From: Oopsacas minuta | Taxonomy: Eukaryota > Animalia > Porifera | Length of the DNA stretch: 64,000 bases | NCBI GenBank assembly: GCA_024704765.1 | Contig: JAKMXF010000088.1 | Location: forward strand, 1 to 64,000 | Reading direction: 5' to 3' | Shown: piece by piece, positions 38,465 to 51,660 of the stretch | Layout: each line of letters begins with the position of its first letter | Numbering within the stretch: the first letter of the stretch is position 1 | The notes under the pieces: model-generated | Databases searched by the model: none | Seen by the model: only the letters and a program-made list of their open reading frames with translations | Told to the model about the DNA's origin: nothing | Position numbers and translations under genes: made by a program

Positions 38465-41400
38465 CACAGTGGCACACCCCCTGGAAATTGGTCAAAATTT
38501 CAATCCGATATTTAGTTACCATTTAAAGTTCATTGGAAAGAGAAATATCCAATTACTTGAAATATCTAAAATTGTTATGATCCATCATTTAGTTTAGGAA
38601 CAACTGGAATGTGTATAAGCATTACAATTTCTTGCTCAGAAATTATTCTTGAAAACCACAGATATTCATTTATATCAATGAACTTAAATTCCAGTATCTA
38701 AGCAACTAATACATTCCAAAGACTTCATTCCATTGCATTTTCGACTACTCTCTTATTATAGTGATTATATAAGCGGAGTTCAAATAATAAATCCTTAAAA
38801 TAGCTCAAATATTTTGATAAATTTTTCTGTTAGATATTTCTGTCGTCACTCAACTTCGAAGTCTCATAACTTCATCTGTCGCGTTCTGTCAAGTTGTCTC
38901 CTTAGTTTTATAATATAGCATTTTTAATTCTCTATAAAATACAACAATTTCCAGGTTCCCGAAAATTCGCGCAAATTTAGTTTCAATCGCATGAACTTTT
39001 TAATTTATCTAATATTTAAAAAATTCTCTTTTCACAATTTATATAAATATTATGGTTGCTTAGCGATATAATCAAAACGTAAAGTTATTTACATTTTATG
39101 TTTGTGTTTACAAAATTCAGCTTGTAATTAATATAAATAAATGTTCCCATCACGTATTTTTACAAAGATTCCATTAAAAAATCAACACTCTTCTACTGTA
39201 AGAAAAAGTTTCGTCAAAAGTTCCTTAATTCTTAGATTTCAGAATGTATTTATAAGCTTGTAAAACAAACATGCATATATATATATAATCTTACTTTTTG
39301 CCCTGTATTTACAATATTGTTAATAAATAATATATTAATTATCTAGAAATGAACAACCTTCAAGCTTTTCAGTTTTATTGTGAGCATAAAATACTTAGCA
39401 CCCTTTCAACGCAGACCAATTTATTTCAACTCATGGTTTTGATCGAGATCAGCAAAATTTCTTTCGTCTGAAGTTCAATGATATTCAAAAAGAGAGAGCC
39501 TCTTTTCATAAATATTCGGACCTTGATACTTGGAATTCCATGTGCTTCTGTCCTCTGCCAAAGAAGCCTAGGTTAAGTGCCTCTTCTTCATTAACCATTA
39601 ACTTTGAAGAAGACTTTAATCTTTCAAAAAAGAAATCGCTCGCTGACTTAACGACCAAAGGTTTGAGAAATCGGCTCTCTTCTCTTAAGTCTCACCTCGA
39701 ATCAGTCGCTGAAAACGAGCATGTATCTCCAAAGACTCTTGCAACTTATCTCTTACTACTTTGTTGCAATGAGGAGCAGGACATGAATAGTGCCAATGTT
39801 TGTAAAGAGATACTCGAGAAGGGAAACTCATCTCCTATCTATCCACAATTATCACTTGATAAATCTGCCTTTCTTTTCGATTCGCTTGAGATCGGTAAAA
39901 CTAAGTATTTAGAACTTCGGCGTACGTTACTATCTGAAGATCTCAAGTTACCAGGCTACAATAGTGTAACTAAACTTCGGGCTCAAATTAATTTGCTGGA
40001 TGAGGTGCGTATAATTCATAGAGAATTTCCATGTGGAGTAGGTATTTCTTACACCAGACTACTCACCCATACAGTTGAACGAATTGTATCTAACTTAAGT
40101 CCTGATACCCTTGTCTATCCGCTGAAAGTTCGAGTATCCGATGGCTTAGGTAGATCTGGGTGTCATCGAGTTTACCAGCAAGCTATATCTAACCCTGACC
40201 TCTCGACTAAAACCTTCATTTTATTTGGTTTCAAGGTTAACGCAATCATAAATGCAAATGATGATATCCTATGGAAACCTCATCATCCAAATTCGCCATT
40301 TTGCACTCGACCAGTTGCCCTCTTAGCCCTTCCAGAAAATGAAGAGAGTGTCAAGTTTTTAATGGACTCATTAATAAATAACGAAACTTCAACTATTGAA
40401 GAGAGTGGTTTGTGTTTACACAATGGAAATGCAGAGGTCAAGATCATTAGATCTCATTTCGATACAAAGATGGCAAAAATCTTAAGCGGTGCTGGTGGTG
40501 CTAATTGTCAAATGTGTACTGCTACGTTCCAACAGATACACGATATTAGCATAGTTCAAAATGGCTTTCCCATAAATAGAACTATCCGTGATGCACTTGA
40601 TGTATTTGATGAGGTTGATGAGGAAGAATTTTTATCTTTGCCAACAAATCAAAGGTTCAATTTAACACACAAACCGATCTCAGAAAAAGATATCATATCA
40701 GCTTCTCCTCTACATGCATATTTGAGAACATTTAGTTGGTTCCTATTATTGATTTGCCATTTACAGTGTGGTGCTATTCAAAAATGGTCACCAACTTCGC
40801 CAATAATTCTTGAGGTCAAGAAATTTATTACTAGCCTTATTGAAGAAAAACTTAGTATATCCATTGACACACCATCAGTCCAAGGAGGAACCACCACAAC
40901 CGGAAATGTTGTTCGGAGATGCTTCACACGTAGCGATGATACTGTGCAAGATTTTCTCTATTGGGTATTGACGGTTGTTCCTCAAGAGACACATCAAGTT
41001 GTCACTACAATCTTTAATAATTTGAGTGCTATCCTGAGATTGTATAATAGCAACAGGAAAGTGGATACTGAAGGCCTTGATAATGTATGCCGAGAGACTT
41101 ACGAATCCATTTTAACCAATTTTTCATGGGCACATGTAACCTCAACTTTACATAAACTTCTAGCCCATGCACCACAAATAATTGCAGATCATAACGATGG
41201 GTTTGGCTTAGAAGATTTGTCTGAAGAAGGCCTTGAATCTTGCAATAAATTGGTCAGGCGATACCGTGAGAGACTCTCAAGAAAATTTAGCTTTGAAGAC
41301 AACGTTAAAGATGTGTTCGTCAGGCTTATCTCTCAAAGTGATCCAATATTAGCATCATTTCGTAATATTACCACAAACGATTCGGAGCCAGATCTATCTG

Positions 41401-41742
41401 AGTTAAAGAGCTGTCAAGATATTTTGGTGAATTCTCTAATTATAAATACGTTGTAGTTTGTAGTTCAATGTACATTAAATAGTGTTAATAATATCAAAAC
41501 ATAAAACATTTAATTTCTGAACCTATAGTTCACAAATTGGCTTAATTAAAATCGATAAAAAAATCAAAATATTTTGAATGTGACAATGACGTCATTACTT
41601 TCACACCCAAAGACTTAGAAAAAATCTAGTTACGTCAATCGATTCCTTGGGTACGATTCCCCATATGTCAATAATATAGTTTAATACGTTATCTAGTACC
41701 CTAATACCTACTTCCAGGTTTTAGCCATTTCGTGCCACTGTG
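38465..41742 (+). mobile_element. Transib/RAG1-like DNA transposon (3278 bp) with RSS-heptamer termini
   Basis: Both ends read CACAGTGGCAC inward. Perfect 5-bp TSD GGGCC at 38460-38464 and 41743-41747. Single RAG1-core-like ORF. Confidence 0.95.
39349..41456 (+). CDS. RAG1-core-like (Transib) transposase, probably inactivated
   Basis: The 638-aa ORF 39540-41456 is open back to about 39399. ATG 39349 is out of frame by one base. Motifs: KKKSLADLTTKGLRNRL (NBD-like), SDGLGRSG (first acidic site), PNSPFCTRP, HFDTKM (D708-like), NCQMC and LHKLLAH (Zn C2/H2), GNVVRR, SEEGLESCNK (E962-like). Confidence 0.88.
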
Positions 41743-43136
41743 GGGCCCTTCATACTTCCTACAGCGATTCAAGTGTATCCACTTCTTGCTTCGGCCACAG
41801 ACAACTTGAACTACTACACCTCGTCTTTCGAGGACCTCGAACGGCCCCTCAAATTTACATCTAGGGAATCTGTGCGCTGTTCTTTTTTAATCAATACCCA
41901 GTCCCCCTCACTATGTCTGAGTTAGACGTTTCTTGCTTTTATCGTAATTTTCCTTGGTGACCCTTCGGCTGTCCCCATGATTTCTCCTCGCGATTTCAAT
42001 CAACTCCTCCTTCTTTTCCACTAACCTTTGGAGATACTGCTTGTTGGGTGGGTCTGCGTTATCTGTGGTAATTAGCATATCGATTGGTGATCTGGGTTGA
42101 CGACCAAATGCCAACATGTGTGGGGACACCTTGCTGGACGCGTTGTCTAGGTTATTTCATTAGGATGTGACTTCTGGTAGCAAGGAAGGCCACGATCTCT
42201 TTTCTAAATCACGCTCTAACATCAAGCAACGTATAACCTGTTAGACCAACCGATATGCTTTTCAGCCATACCATCTGCCTTTGGATGGTAGGATGTGGTG
42301 TGACGCTTGTCAATTCCTAGGTCGTTGCATAACTCGTGTATCGCCAGGCAGTCTACATTCTTCCCCTGGTAGGTGAGTACAACTCTCGGTACGCCGTGCC
42401 CCCGATATACCCTCCCCTCCAGGAATGCTTGGGTGACCGACTTGGCAGTTTGATCCTTTAATGGTACCGCCTCAATATAATGTGAAATAGGTCCACCATA
42501 AGTAAGAAATACCTGTGGTCGCCATCAGCCCACGGTAATGTTCCGATGTCCATTTCTGCTTAGGTACTCTAGTAGTTGGTTCTGGGTTCCAGGTTAATAT
42601 CGAATTTGGTACAGTATTTCTTCCAATTCCAACTACCATGGAGCGAATGTGTGGCGGGGAACCCTCTGTCCCCTCAGCCACTGGAGAGGGTTATTTTCCG
42701 TCAATAAAATCACTCCTGGAATGGACTTGATGTATAAGTCCCATTTCCTAGTGGCCGCAACTAATGCCCACGCCTCGAGCTGTCCAGCGCTGTAGTTCTT
42801 TTGTGAGCTCGACAAGGCGCATGAGAAGAATTTAGTTGGCCTCAAAGTACCCGATTCTCTGTCCTTCTGCGATATGACTGCTGCAACTCCCTCAGAACTA
42901 GCGTCGGCTTCAATGTAGATTTCTCTCTCCCAATCTTGGAAAGCAAGACAGATTGGGTGTCCCACCAAGTTCCTCCGTAGTGTGTCAAACGCTTTCTGAT
43001 GCTCTTCCTCCCATGCCCAACTTGTGCTGCTGTTTGTGAGGGTATAGAGTGGTTGTGCAATCCGAGCTCATTTTGGGATGTAACTCCGATAGTAATTCAG
43101 ACTCCCTACAAATCTTTGCAGCTATGTCAGAGACCG

Positions 43137-46100
43137 CATAGGCGGTCCCAGGATTTGAAAAAGGGGGGTCTATTTTTACAAAGTTCCAGACGCAATTTCT
43201 GAGGATAAAAGATTTATAATATTTGCTATGAATATACTTGCATATTATAAATGTAAGTTTTTAATCGTATCTAGTCAAATTACACATAACCGGAAAATTT
43301 TCTTCTTTGGTTTTTTTCTATGAATTTCAAGCAAATATAGTTAAGTTTATATCCATACTATGATGTATATTCATCAGCGCTAGCCCAGAGAGTCGCTCTT
43401 GTCCCATCGTGCTACGAAGGTAGCTTTTTACTCTGCGAAGACATGAGAATGAGCGCTCTGACTCAGAACTTCCAATTGGAAGGGTGCATCCAATTTTAGT
43501 AGGGTTAGAATGTTGGGAAAAATATCTTCATCTGCATGACTTAGACACTCGGACAAGTTTACTGATAATTGATTGGGCTCCTTGGAACTTCAATAGCGCT
43601 GCCATTCCTTCATTTCAGATCTAAGTGAAGAACTAAATGGCTGGTCTGGTCCCCAAAACATTAGTCCAATTACAACAGACTCTAAGTCAACAGCACCTAA
43701 TGTGATGGCACCGGGGAGTAATGCAAGGATCTCTATGCCTTTCCTGTCCTCAGTATTGAATCGACTGTTAAATTCAGCTAATAAATAGTCAGCAAACGGT
43801 ATTGCCAGATTTCGCAGGTAATACTCCTTTGGACATGTACTTGGAGCATTGGCTCTGTATATTTGTCGAGAAGATCTAGGTCCAGCTCCTCTAGGAGATG
43901 TGATATTAACACCAACCTTCGAGGCAAAGTGGATAACTTCTTCATACCAGCTGTTGTACTCATCCTCAATATCATGCCTTAAGGCAGTGATTCAATATTT
44001 TGTCCGGTCGATCATGGCATATGCCTGATAGATATCCAGGTCCCTTTTCTGCAGCTTGGAAGCAATGGACCTGCTGATCTCAAATGCATTCTTTGCAATA
44101 ATGAACGCGATTATAGTTGCTGATGACTCCAGATTGGATAAAAGCCCCTGTGCCTTAGATCTTGTATCCTGATCCAATGACCACTCCAAGTATCCTCATA
44201 AATTTGGTGATAGCTAGATGGATCCAGCATAGCGTCTAGACATTCGCACAATGACTTATACATAGTATAGAAGCTATCAAAACAAGTATGCCGCTCCACC
44301 CACCTTGTTTTACAGAGTCCAACAAGCTTTGTCTTATGCATGTCAAGTGCCAAATTTTTACTATACTTTCAAGAAATCGCTGCCTTTTGGGAGACTTGTC
44401 AAAGAACCGGAAAACAGCGTTGAGCGTATCAATCATATTCCTGATTGCAGGCAGTTTACAAGCACTGGCAATGCTTAGATTGAGTACATGGCTGTTACAA
44501 TGTACATACAGTGCACATGGGGATACTTGTCTTATCCTTGTGTGTACTCCAACTTTATCAGAAGATATACAAGCGGCACTATCATAGCTTTGACCCCTTG
44601 CTTTAGTAAGATCGACGTGGTTATGTTTGAGGTTTTCGATAATAGCACTGGCTATTGTTTCCCCAGTTTCCCTCTCAAGATGCACGAAATCAAAGAAAAA
44701 TTCTCTGATTTCGTTACCATCAAGTAACTTCAGACACACGGATAGAATCTCTTGATTGCTATGAGGATGTGTAACTTCATCAGTCATAATAGCAAAGAAG
44801 GTGTTATCAAATAGAAGCTTCGCGTGTTTTCCTTTCGAATATATTCAGCTACTAAATCAATAACTTCGTTCTGGGTTCTTTTTGACGTGTACAGTGCATT
44901 CTTTTTTCCACTTTCGAGATGTTCCCGAAAACAACATCACGCCTGGACATCATCTCAAGAATTGCTCAAAAAATTACCTTTATTAGAAAATATACTTATA
45001 TTTTCATCCCTGTGGCCACGAAGTGATAAATTCTGTTTCCTACACACTACTACAGTTTCAATGACACTCTTCAAGATGTGGCGGTTCTTCATATATACCT
45101 CCTGGTTGGCCTTGATTTATGATGAATGGTAGGGCTGTTTCGCGGCCTTTTAGATGTTGCAATAACAGCAAGCGATGTTGAACCGCATCTTTGTGATATT
45201 GGAGACTTTGATGATGTTCCAACGCACCATCTTTTCCGGTAGCTCTGACCAGGTTAATAAACGGTTTATTTACAAGTACGCCACTGTATTTCCTTTTGTC
45301 ATTTCTGATGAAAATATCATACAATATTTGCAGAGTCCTCCACCAACAGCAGGACTGTACGTTAACCACCCATATCGTTCCAGCCAAGAGTGCTGGAAGA
45401 CGAGAACTTTCTTCTGTTTTGTTTTTCCACGAACAATCGTCTGATTTATAAACGCCTGGAAATTTTTCCCAGGAGTAAAGTGGTGTGACAGATAGTTGGC
45501 CTTTGCATCGTCACTGAGATTTCTTACTATAACATTACCCTTTAAGATATCTCCAACATCGTAAAGTGATATTTGGAAAGCAGACTCATTAACTATGAAG
45601 TCTGAATCCTGTGGGGATGAAATTGTGACATCTGGAACATGGGGCTCAGTGAATATATTAACTCCTGATGAAGTATTCGAAACATCTACCACATTCGGCG
45701 AGTCAGAAATTTGAATATCTTGGGAATGCACTGAAGAAGTAGCACCTGCTTCAGGTGGTTGTGAGTTGCTAGTGGGCTGTACCTAAATAACTAATTCTCT
45801 TTCGTTAATGTTACTCTTTTCTCTCTTTGATATGCTAAACGCCAACAATGTTTGTTGTAATTCAGGAGCATCTCTCTTCTGAGCCGACATTCAGTTTAGA
45901 CCTGAAAATCAGAATGTATGTAGATGTTAGAGTGAATATGAACAAAAATGATATAAAACTAATGTGACCGATATTTATTGAAGGATGAGTTTGAAACCAT
46001 AGGGTAATTCCACGTCAATTCATCCAGCCATTTCACCAACATCAACCGATTTGTCTGAAACTCGCTGTGGCTACTACCTAGTTATTGCATCTATTGACTG

Positions 46101-46289
46101 ACAGCTGTTACTTATTTATTTATGAAAGAATACAGGTACACAATCAGCACTGATACGGATTACAGTATTAAATATGAGAATAACAAATATTAGTAGACTT
46201 GTTAATATCTCAATTTTGTCCAGATTTGGTTTAATTCCTTCAGAAATGGGAGGCCCAGACCCCCTGGACCCCCCCTGGGACCGCCTCTG
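43137..46289 (-). mobile_element. hAT transposon (3153 bp) with PRKRIR/THAP12/ZMYM1-like transposase pseudogene (~43290-45890)
   Basis: TIR CA(T/G)AGGCGGTCCCAGG. Duplicated flank GAGACCG (43130-36, 46290-96). TTF-type Zn finger FQHSWLERYGWL..LCKYC, then DEVT, GQSYD, YVHCNSHVLNL, CKTRW and C-terminal LRSTMGQERLSGLALMNIH. Confidence 0.93.
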
Positions 46290-48651
46290 GAGACCGAGGT
46301 ATTGGAAACTGCCGTAACTTCTCCGCTACTCCCTGTGTTGGTCTTCTCCCCTCTGAGCAGACATAATGCCCCAGGAACTCACCTTCCGAGTATCCGAAAT
46401 GACATTTGTCCCTTCTCAACTGAACGTTACCCCTCGAATTCTTGCAAACGTGTACCGCAAATCCCCAAAATGCTCTCGAAAGTTCGAGAAAATACACAGC
46501 AATCGTCTACATAAGCCTCAGCCCTGGGTACCTCCTCCAGAATGTTATCCATGAGCCTCTGGAAAGTGGCCTGCGAATTACACAACCCGAAAGGCATAAT
46601 AACCATTTCGTATTGTCCGCGTGGGGTGTGGAATGCTGTCTTTTCTATGTCTGTCTTCTTCACTGGGACACTCCAGGATGCTGACGCGATATCTAGTAAC
46701 GAAAAATACTGGTTCCCTTCGAGTTTGTCCAGGATAGTCTGGATATTGGGGAGGCTATAAGCATCTTTTTTCGTTGCGTTGTTCAGTTGGCGATAGTCGA
46801 TAGCGAATCTTAGGCTTCCGTCTTTCTTCTTAACGAATACTACATTGATCGCCCATGGCGAGTGCGAAGGCCGACATACCCCATTAGTAACCATCTCGTC
46901 CAGCTGTCGTTCCACCTCGGCCTCCCATTTAGGCTGCATCCGTCTTGCTCTTTCTTTAATAGGTGTAGCATTACCCATCTCAATACAGTGTTCGCACAAG
47001 CTAGTACGACCTGGCTTCTTTGGGTCGACCGCAAATAAATCCTTATTCTCTTCTAGGATTCTGGCTAGCTCTCTCAACTCCTATTCTTTCAACTCAGGGA
47101 CCACGTCAATCCGATCCTAAACCTGCTACCAAGTTATCACTCATCGCCGTCTGTGCTCTGAATAGGGGGCCTCCTTCCGTTAAGGTTGACTCTATTGGTA
47201 TCCACGCTTCCCCTAAGCCGACCCGCCCCCTTTGGTGAAATCGAAGGTTACTCTGTCAAAACATAACATTAACTCTCTCCCCAACAAGAGTGTAGGTTCG
47301 TCGCTGTCCAATACATAAAAGGCTGCGATGGCTTCTGCACGGCCTATATGTACTCTAACGTTTACCTTTCCGACGACAGGTACCAGGACCTTGCCCAGAC
47401 CGAACACATGAGTATACGCTGGTCGAATGTGGTCGTCGAGCCCCAACTGCGCTAGTGTGTTTCGATCTATAACTGAAGGTTTCGCTCCAGTGTGTAATAT
47501 GGCGGACATTTCCTTCCCAGTTATTACGACTCTCAGCGTGGCCGCATCCTCGTCGTTAGGCTTGCTGTCCTTTCTGGGAATGTGTGCGAAGTTGTCCTTT
47601 TCCACTATCAGAATCCGGTTCTCCCCTCCACGTACTGGCCTCCTCGCGTACCGTCCCCTATGGTTGTCCCCTTGTCTCGGGGACTCGCCAATATCGTGTC
47701 CCCTCTGGCCGCAATTCCCACATGACCTCTCGGAGCATTGGCGCCACAATGTCTCTTATTGGAGGCATCATCTGCCTCTGATTTAACCGTGGATAAAAAT
47801 TTGAAGGAGTCGATTTAATTAATTGTATTTGATAAAGAAATTCTGAAGAAATTACTTTATTTCTCCAATACATCTGAAGCTCAGTTGTGGGTAGATGGCT
47901 CAAAATTATATGAGTAATCTAATGCGTGACACTAAAATTTTTAACAAAAAGGTAGCTAAAAGTAAATGTTTTTGATATCAAAACATATTGCTGAAAAATG
48001 TTCAACTCTCTTCTTTCCAATGATACTAATTTCGTTAAATCTGATGAGTATAAGTGAGTCAAATTAGTGACTGAAGTGACCCTAGTCTAACTTCGTTGAA
48101 TTATTCAATATATAATATTTCAAAAAGTAATGAATATTTTTAAAAGAAATTTTAAACACATAATCCACCAGGCCTCAATAATATAAAGATAATTTATATC
48201 AAAATAATGATGAGAAGCCGGTCAAATAACACATTATAGTTGACACGAATGGAAAAACTCAAAACCTCAATGCCAAGTCATCATAAATATTTTAAAATTC
48301 TGATGACATTTTCTTAATCCACCAACGCTATACTTTCGAATGATAACAAGTTTTTTTCTCCAGCTATACGGAAAGTCGGTCAAATAAACGATTGAAGTGA
48401 ACACGTTTTTATAATTTGAATTGGCTGCTAACTTCTCCTTCGTCCGTTTATATATACAAGTTTGACAGTATATTAAATTAATTAAGTGAACATAACATCA
48501 CGACAATTATACAAGTAGAGTGAGAATTAAGATTGCGTTATGCTATTACAAATTGTATAATATAATATTTAGCCATTAAGTCAATTTGTAACTATGTTTT
48601 CCAAAGTCTTGAACTAAACAGTGGGTAAATAGTAAATACACTACCATACTT

Positions 48652-51342
48652 AAGGCCCACCAGAGACGATCGGGTCGGTCGGGCCATGGCCCGACCAATA
48701 ATTTTGGCCAAGAATACTTTTTAGCGGAGTTATCGCTAGTTTGGATCGAGAATAGAACGCGAGGATTCTTCATGTCGGTATTTTGTGACTTAATTAGAAA
48801 TGACCCATTAGTGTTTAGCTAAATTTTACTTGTTAGCTATTAGTACATAGTAATAGTTATGTAATTCATAGTTATCTACTAGCAACTGCTACTAGTGGAG
48901 TTTTCGTATCTGTGTTGTGTCTGGCTATAGCATCACTATCCTAAATATTTACCCGACATTCCTAACAACCTCTTACCATTTCTTTAGTAGCTAACAAAAG
49001 TGCTGATAGGGTAGATGGCGTTCGCTTCGTTGTCCACGCATTCATGTCTTCCTGAATTGCCAGAAAAGCCAATTCATCCTTGCTCCTCCTTCAGGTTTCC
49101 GTTGAGAGCGTTCGGGATAGCCAATCGGAGGATGAGACTCTGACAAGCAAGTTATTTCGAAGTTTGGCATTGGTTGACCTATGACATTAAGAAGGATGCT
49201 GTTTTCTGCCACCTGTGTGTGAAGTCGCTTCAAAAGAAGAAAATGACTGCCAAGAAAGCCAACTCATCGTTCACGCAGAAGGGATTTTCGTACTGGAAGG
49301 ACGCAAGGATCACTTTCAAAAAGCACGTGTCATCGGATTGTCACAAGGATGCTGTTGAGATGTCAATTATTATACCTCGTTCTTGCTCTGATGTTGGGGA
49401 AATGCTTTCATCCTCGTATTCTCAGCAAAAGAAAGACAACAGGGAGTGTCTTTTGAAGATTGTTTCTAATCTCAAGTTTTTAAACAGGCAAGGGTTACAG
49501 CTGCGTGAGACGATGACACGGACTCGAACTTCACGCAACTTATGAAGCTGCGCGCAAGAGATAATCTTCATCTTGCTGAGTTGCTCGAGAATAAGACCAA
49601 CAAGTACGTTTCACACGATATCCAGAAAGAGCTCTTGAAAATTATGGCGTTGTCAGCACTCCGGGACATACCGCATTCCATCCAAGAGTCTACATTCTAT
49701 TCCATCATGTGTAATGAGTGCAGGGATGCTTCTAATAAGGAGCAGCTGGTCATCTGCTTTCGCTGAATTGATAACAGCTCCTTGGAGGTCCATGAAGATG
49801 TAATTGGTTTGTATGCAATCGATGACATTTTCGCTGCAACCATTCTCAAGGTTATCAAAGATGGATTAGTCAGAATGAACTTAGGACTGAATAAGTGCAG
49901 AGGACAGTGCTACGATGGTGCCAGCAATATGAGTGGGCCTAAGAGTGGTGTCGCAAAGCAGTTACGTGATGAGGAACCACGTACACTTTATCTACATTGC
50001 CATGGCCATACTTTAAATCTTGCAGCTGGCGATACTATCAAAAGGTGTAAGCATGTCAACGATGCACTGGATGTTGCCTTTGAGGTTTCAAAGTTGTTGA
50101 AATTCTAGCCCAAGAGAACAGCAAAAATGGAGAAGCTGAGGGAGGAACTTGCCCTGGATTCGCCAGGCTTCCGCGTGTTGTACCCTGCTCGCTGGACATT
50201 TCGTGCGGCTTCTCTGAAGTCGCTCCTTTCCAACTATGTTGCTTTACAGCAATTATGAGAGACTGAGGGATTCCACTTCCGATCCAACTATCAAGGGGAG
50301 AATCATTGGTGCTCAATCCCAATTTAACAACTTTACTTTCTTCTTTGGAGTAAACCTTGCAGAGCTAGTTCCATAACACACTGACAATTTGAGTAGGACC
50401 CTCCAATCAACATCCATGTCTGCCTCTGAAGGAGCCAACATCGCCGCCATGACAGTGACAACACTGAGATCACTTCGCACTGATGACCACTTCACTGCCT
50501 TTTGGGATCATTTGATCAATGCTCAGCAAGATTTGGATGTGTGTGTGCCTAAGCTTCCAAGAAGGAGGAAAGTACCCAAGCGGTATGATGATGGTGCACC
50601 AGTTGATTTTCCCGATGAATGCCAGACACACTATCGTCAGTCTTACTTTGAGTCCCTCGACCTGGTAGTCAAAGCTATAGAGGACAGGTTTGATCAGCCT
50701 GACTACAATTTATATAGACGTTTGGACGAACTTCTCATTCACCCTATCCTCGGAGAGAGCACTCAGGAATATTTCGACTTCGTAGCCAATCTACCTTGAT
50801 GATTTCAACACTTCTCAGCTCCGGCTGCATCTCGAAATTTTTCGGGCAACATTCCCTAACAAGCTTAAGTCTCCAACACTGTCCTTTCACGATATCAGGA
50901 AATACATCCAGACCTTATCAGAGGCAGAGCGTCCCTTGATAAGTGAGGTTGTGACTCTGTCGAAACTGGTTCTGGTTCTTCCATCAACCAATGCTGTCAG
51001 AGAGCGGTCATTTAATGCCATGCGCCTGAAGACTTATCTGCGAACCACAATGAAGCCTGAGCGATTGGACCAGTTGTTGCTATTGCATGTCCACAAGGAT
51101 CACACTGACAACCTCTCTTGTGTTGAAGTGGCTAACTCCTTCGTGTGATTCAGAGCACCGTCTCTGTGTGTTTGGACATTTCCACTGATAAGATTGTTTC
51201 CCATGTGTGTTACCAACCAGTACGAATGTATTTAGTTAATATATTTTAGTTTAATTAGAGTCTATGATTCCCAACTAGTAGCTAACTACGACGACACGTT
51301 AAATCTGGCCCGATCAACTACCAATTGCTTCCTCCGGGCCTG
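48652..51342 (+). mobile_element. hAT transposon with ZMYM1-like transposase pseudogene (~49015-51190)
   Basis: Ends (A)AGGCCC.../...GGGCCTG. Motifs WHWLTYD..FCHLC, GFSYWK, YSIMCNE, GQCYDGASNMSG, LHCHGHTLNL, PARW, ERSF..LKTYLRTTM..RL. Many stops and frameshifts. TSD not resolved. Confidence 0.88.
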
Positions 51343-51660
51343 TACTTACTAACCCTTTCTAACTTTTTCCCTGGATATTTATCTCGAAATTCCGGAATTT
51401 TCAATTTTCCCTGGATTTCGAGATTTATACGAAAATATTACGAATATCCCACTATTTTGGTCAGAAAATGCGAGAAATATCCAATATTGTCCCTAGATTT
51501 CGGAATTTATCCCCTGGATATCATGTCAAATCCCGGGGATAATCCAGGGATCCCGAGAAGGTTGGCAAGTATCCAATACTACTGCCATATCATGGACTTC
51601 TAAAATACAGGGACTATCAACTTCGTTATATGGTAAAATTACCGTAGACTGAAAATTAAT

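Larger units (their letters stand above)
38045..47790 (-). mobile_element. Ty3/Gypsy LTR retrotransposon, 5'-truncated, degraded, split by Transib and hAT insertions
   Basis: 47749-47213: CGNCGQRGH knuckle and LHTGA protease site (D>H). 47077-46300: RT (LRFAIDYRQLN, MPFGL, YVDD, FLGH). 43129-41748: RNase H (ADAS..KNYS..LEA) and integrase (YHPKADG). 38464-38205: C-terminal tail. Removing both inserts plus one TSD each restores the frames PIPRSLT*LQRFVG and RKYEGPSPVIV. Confidence 0.93.

Noticed and set aside
38472-39348. Possible RAG2-like (kelch/PHD) partner gene within the Transib element
   Set aside because: The 5' (~880 bp) and 3' (~280 bp) non-ORF parts are AT-rich with no sizeable ORF or kelch-like pattern on either strand.
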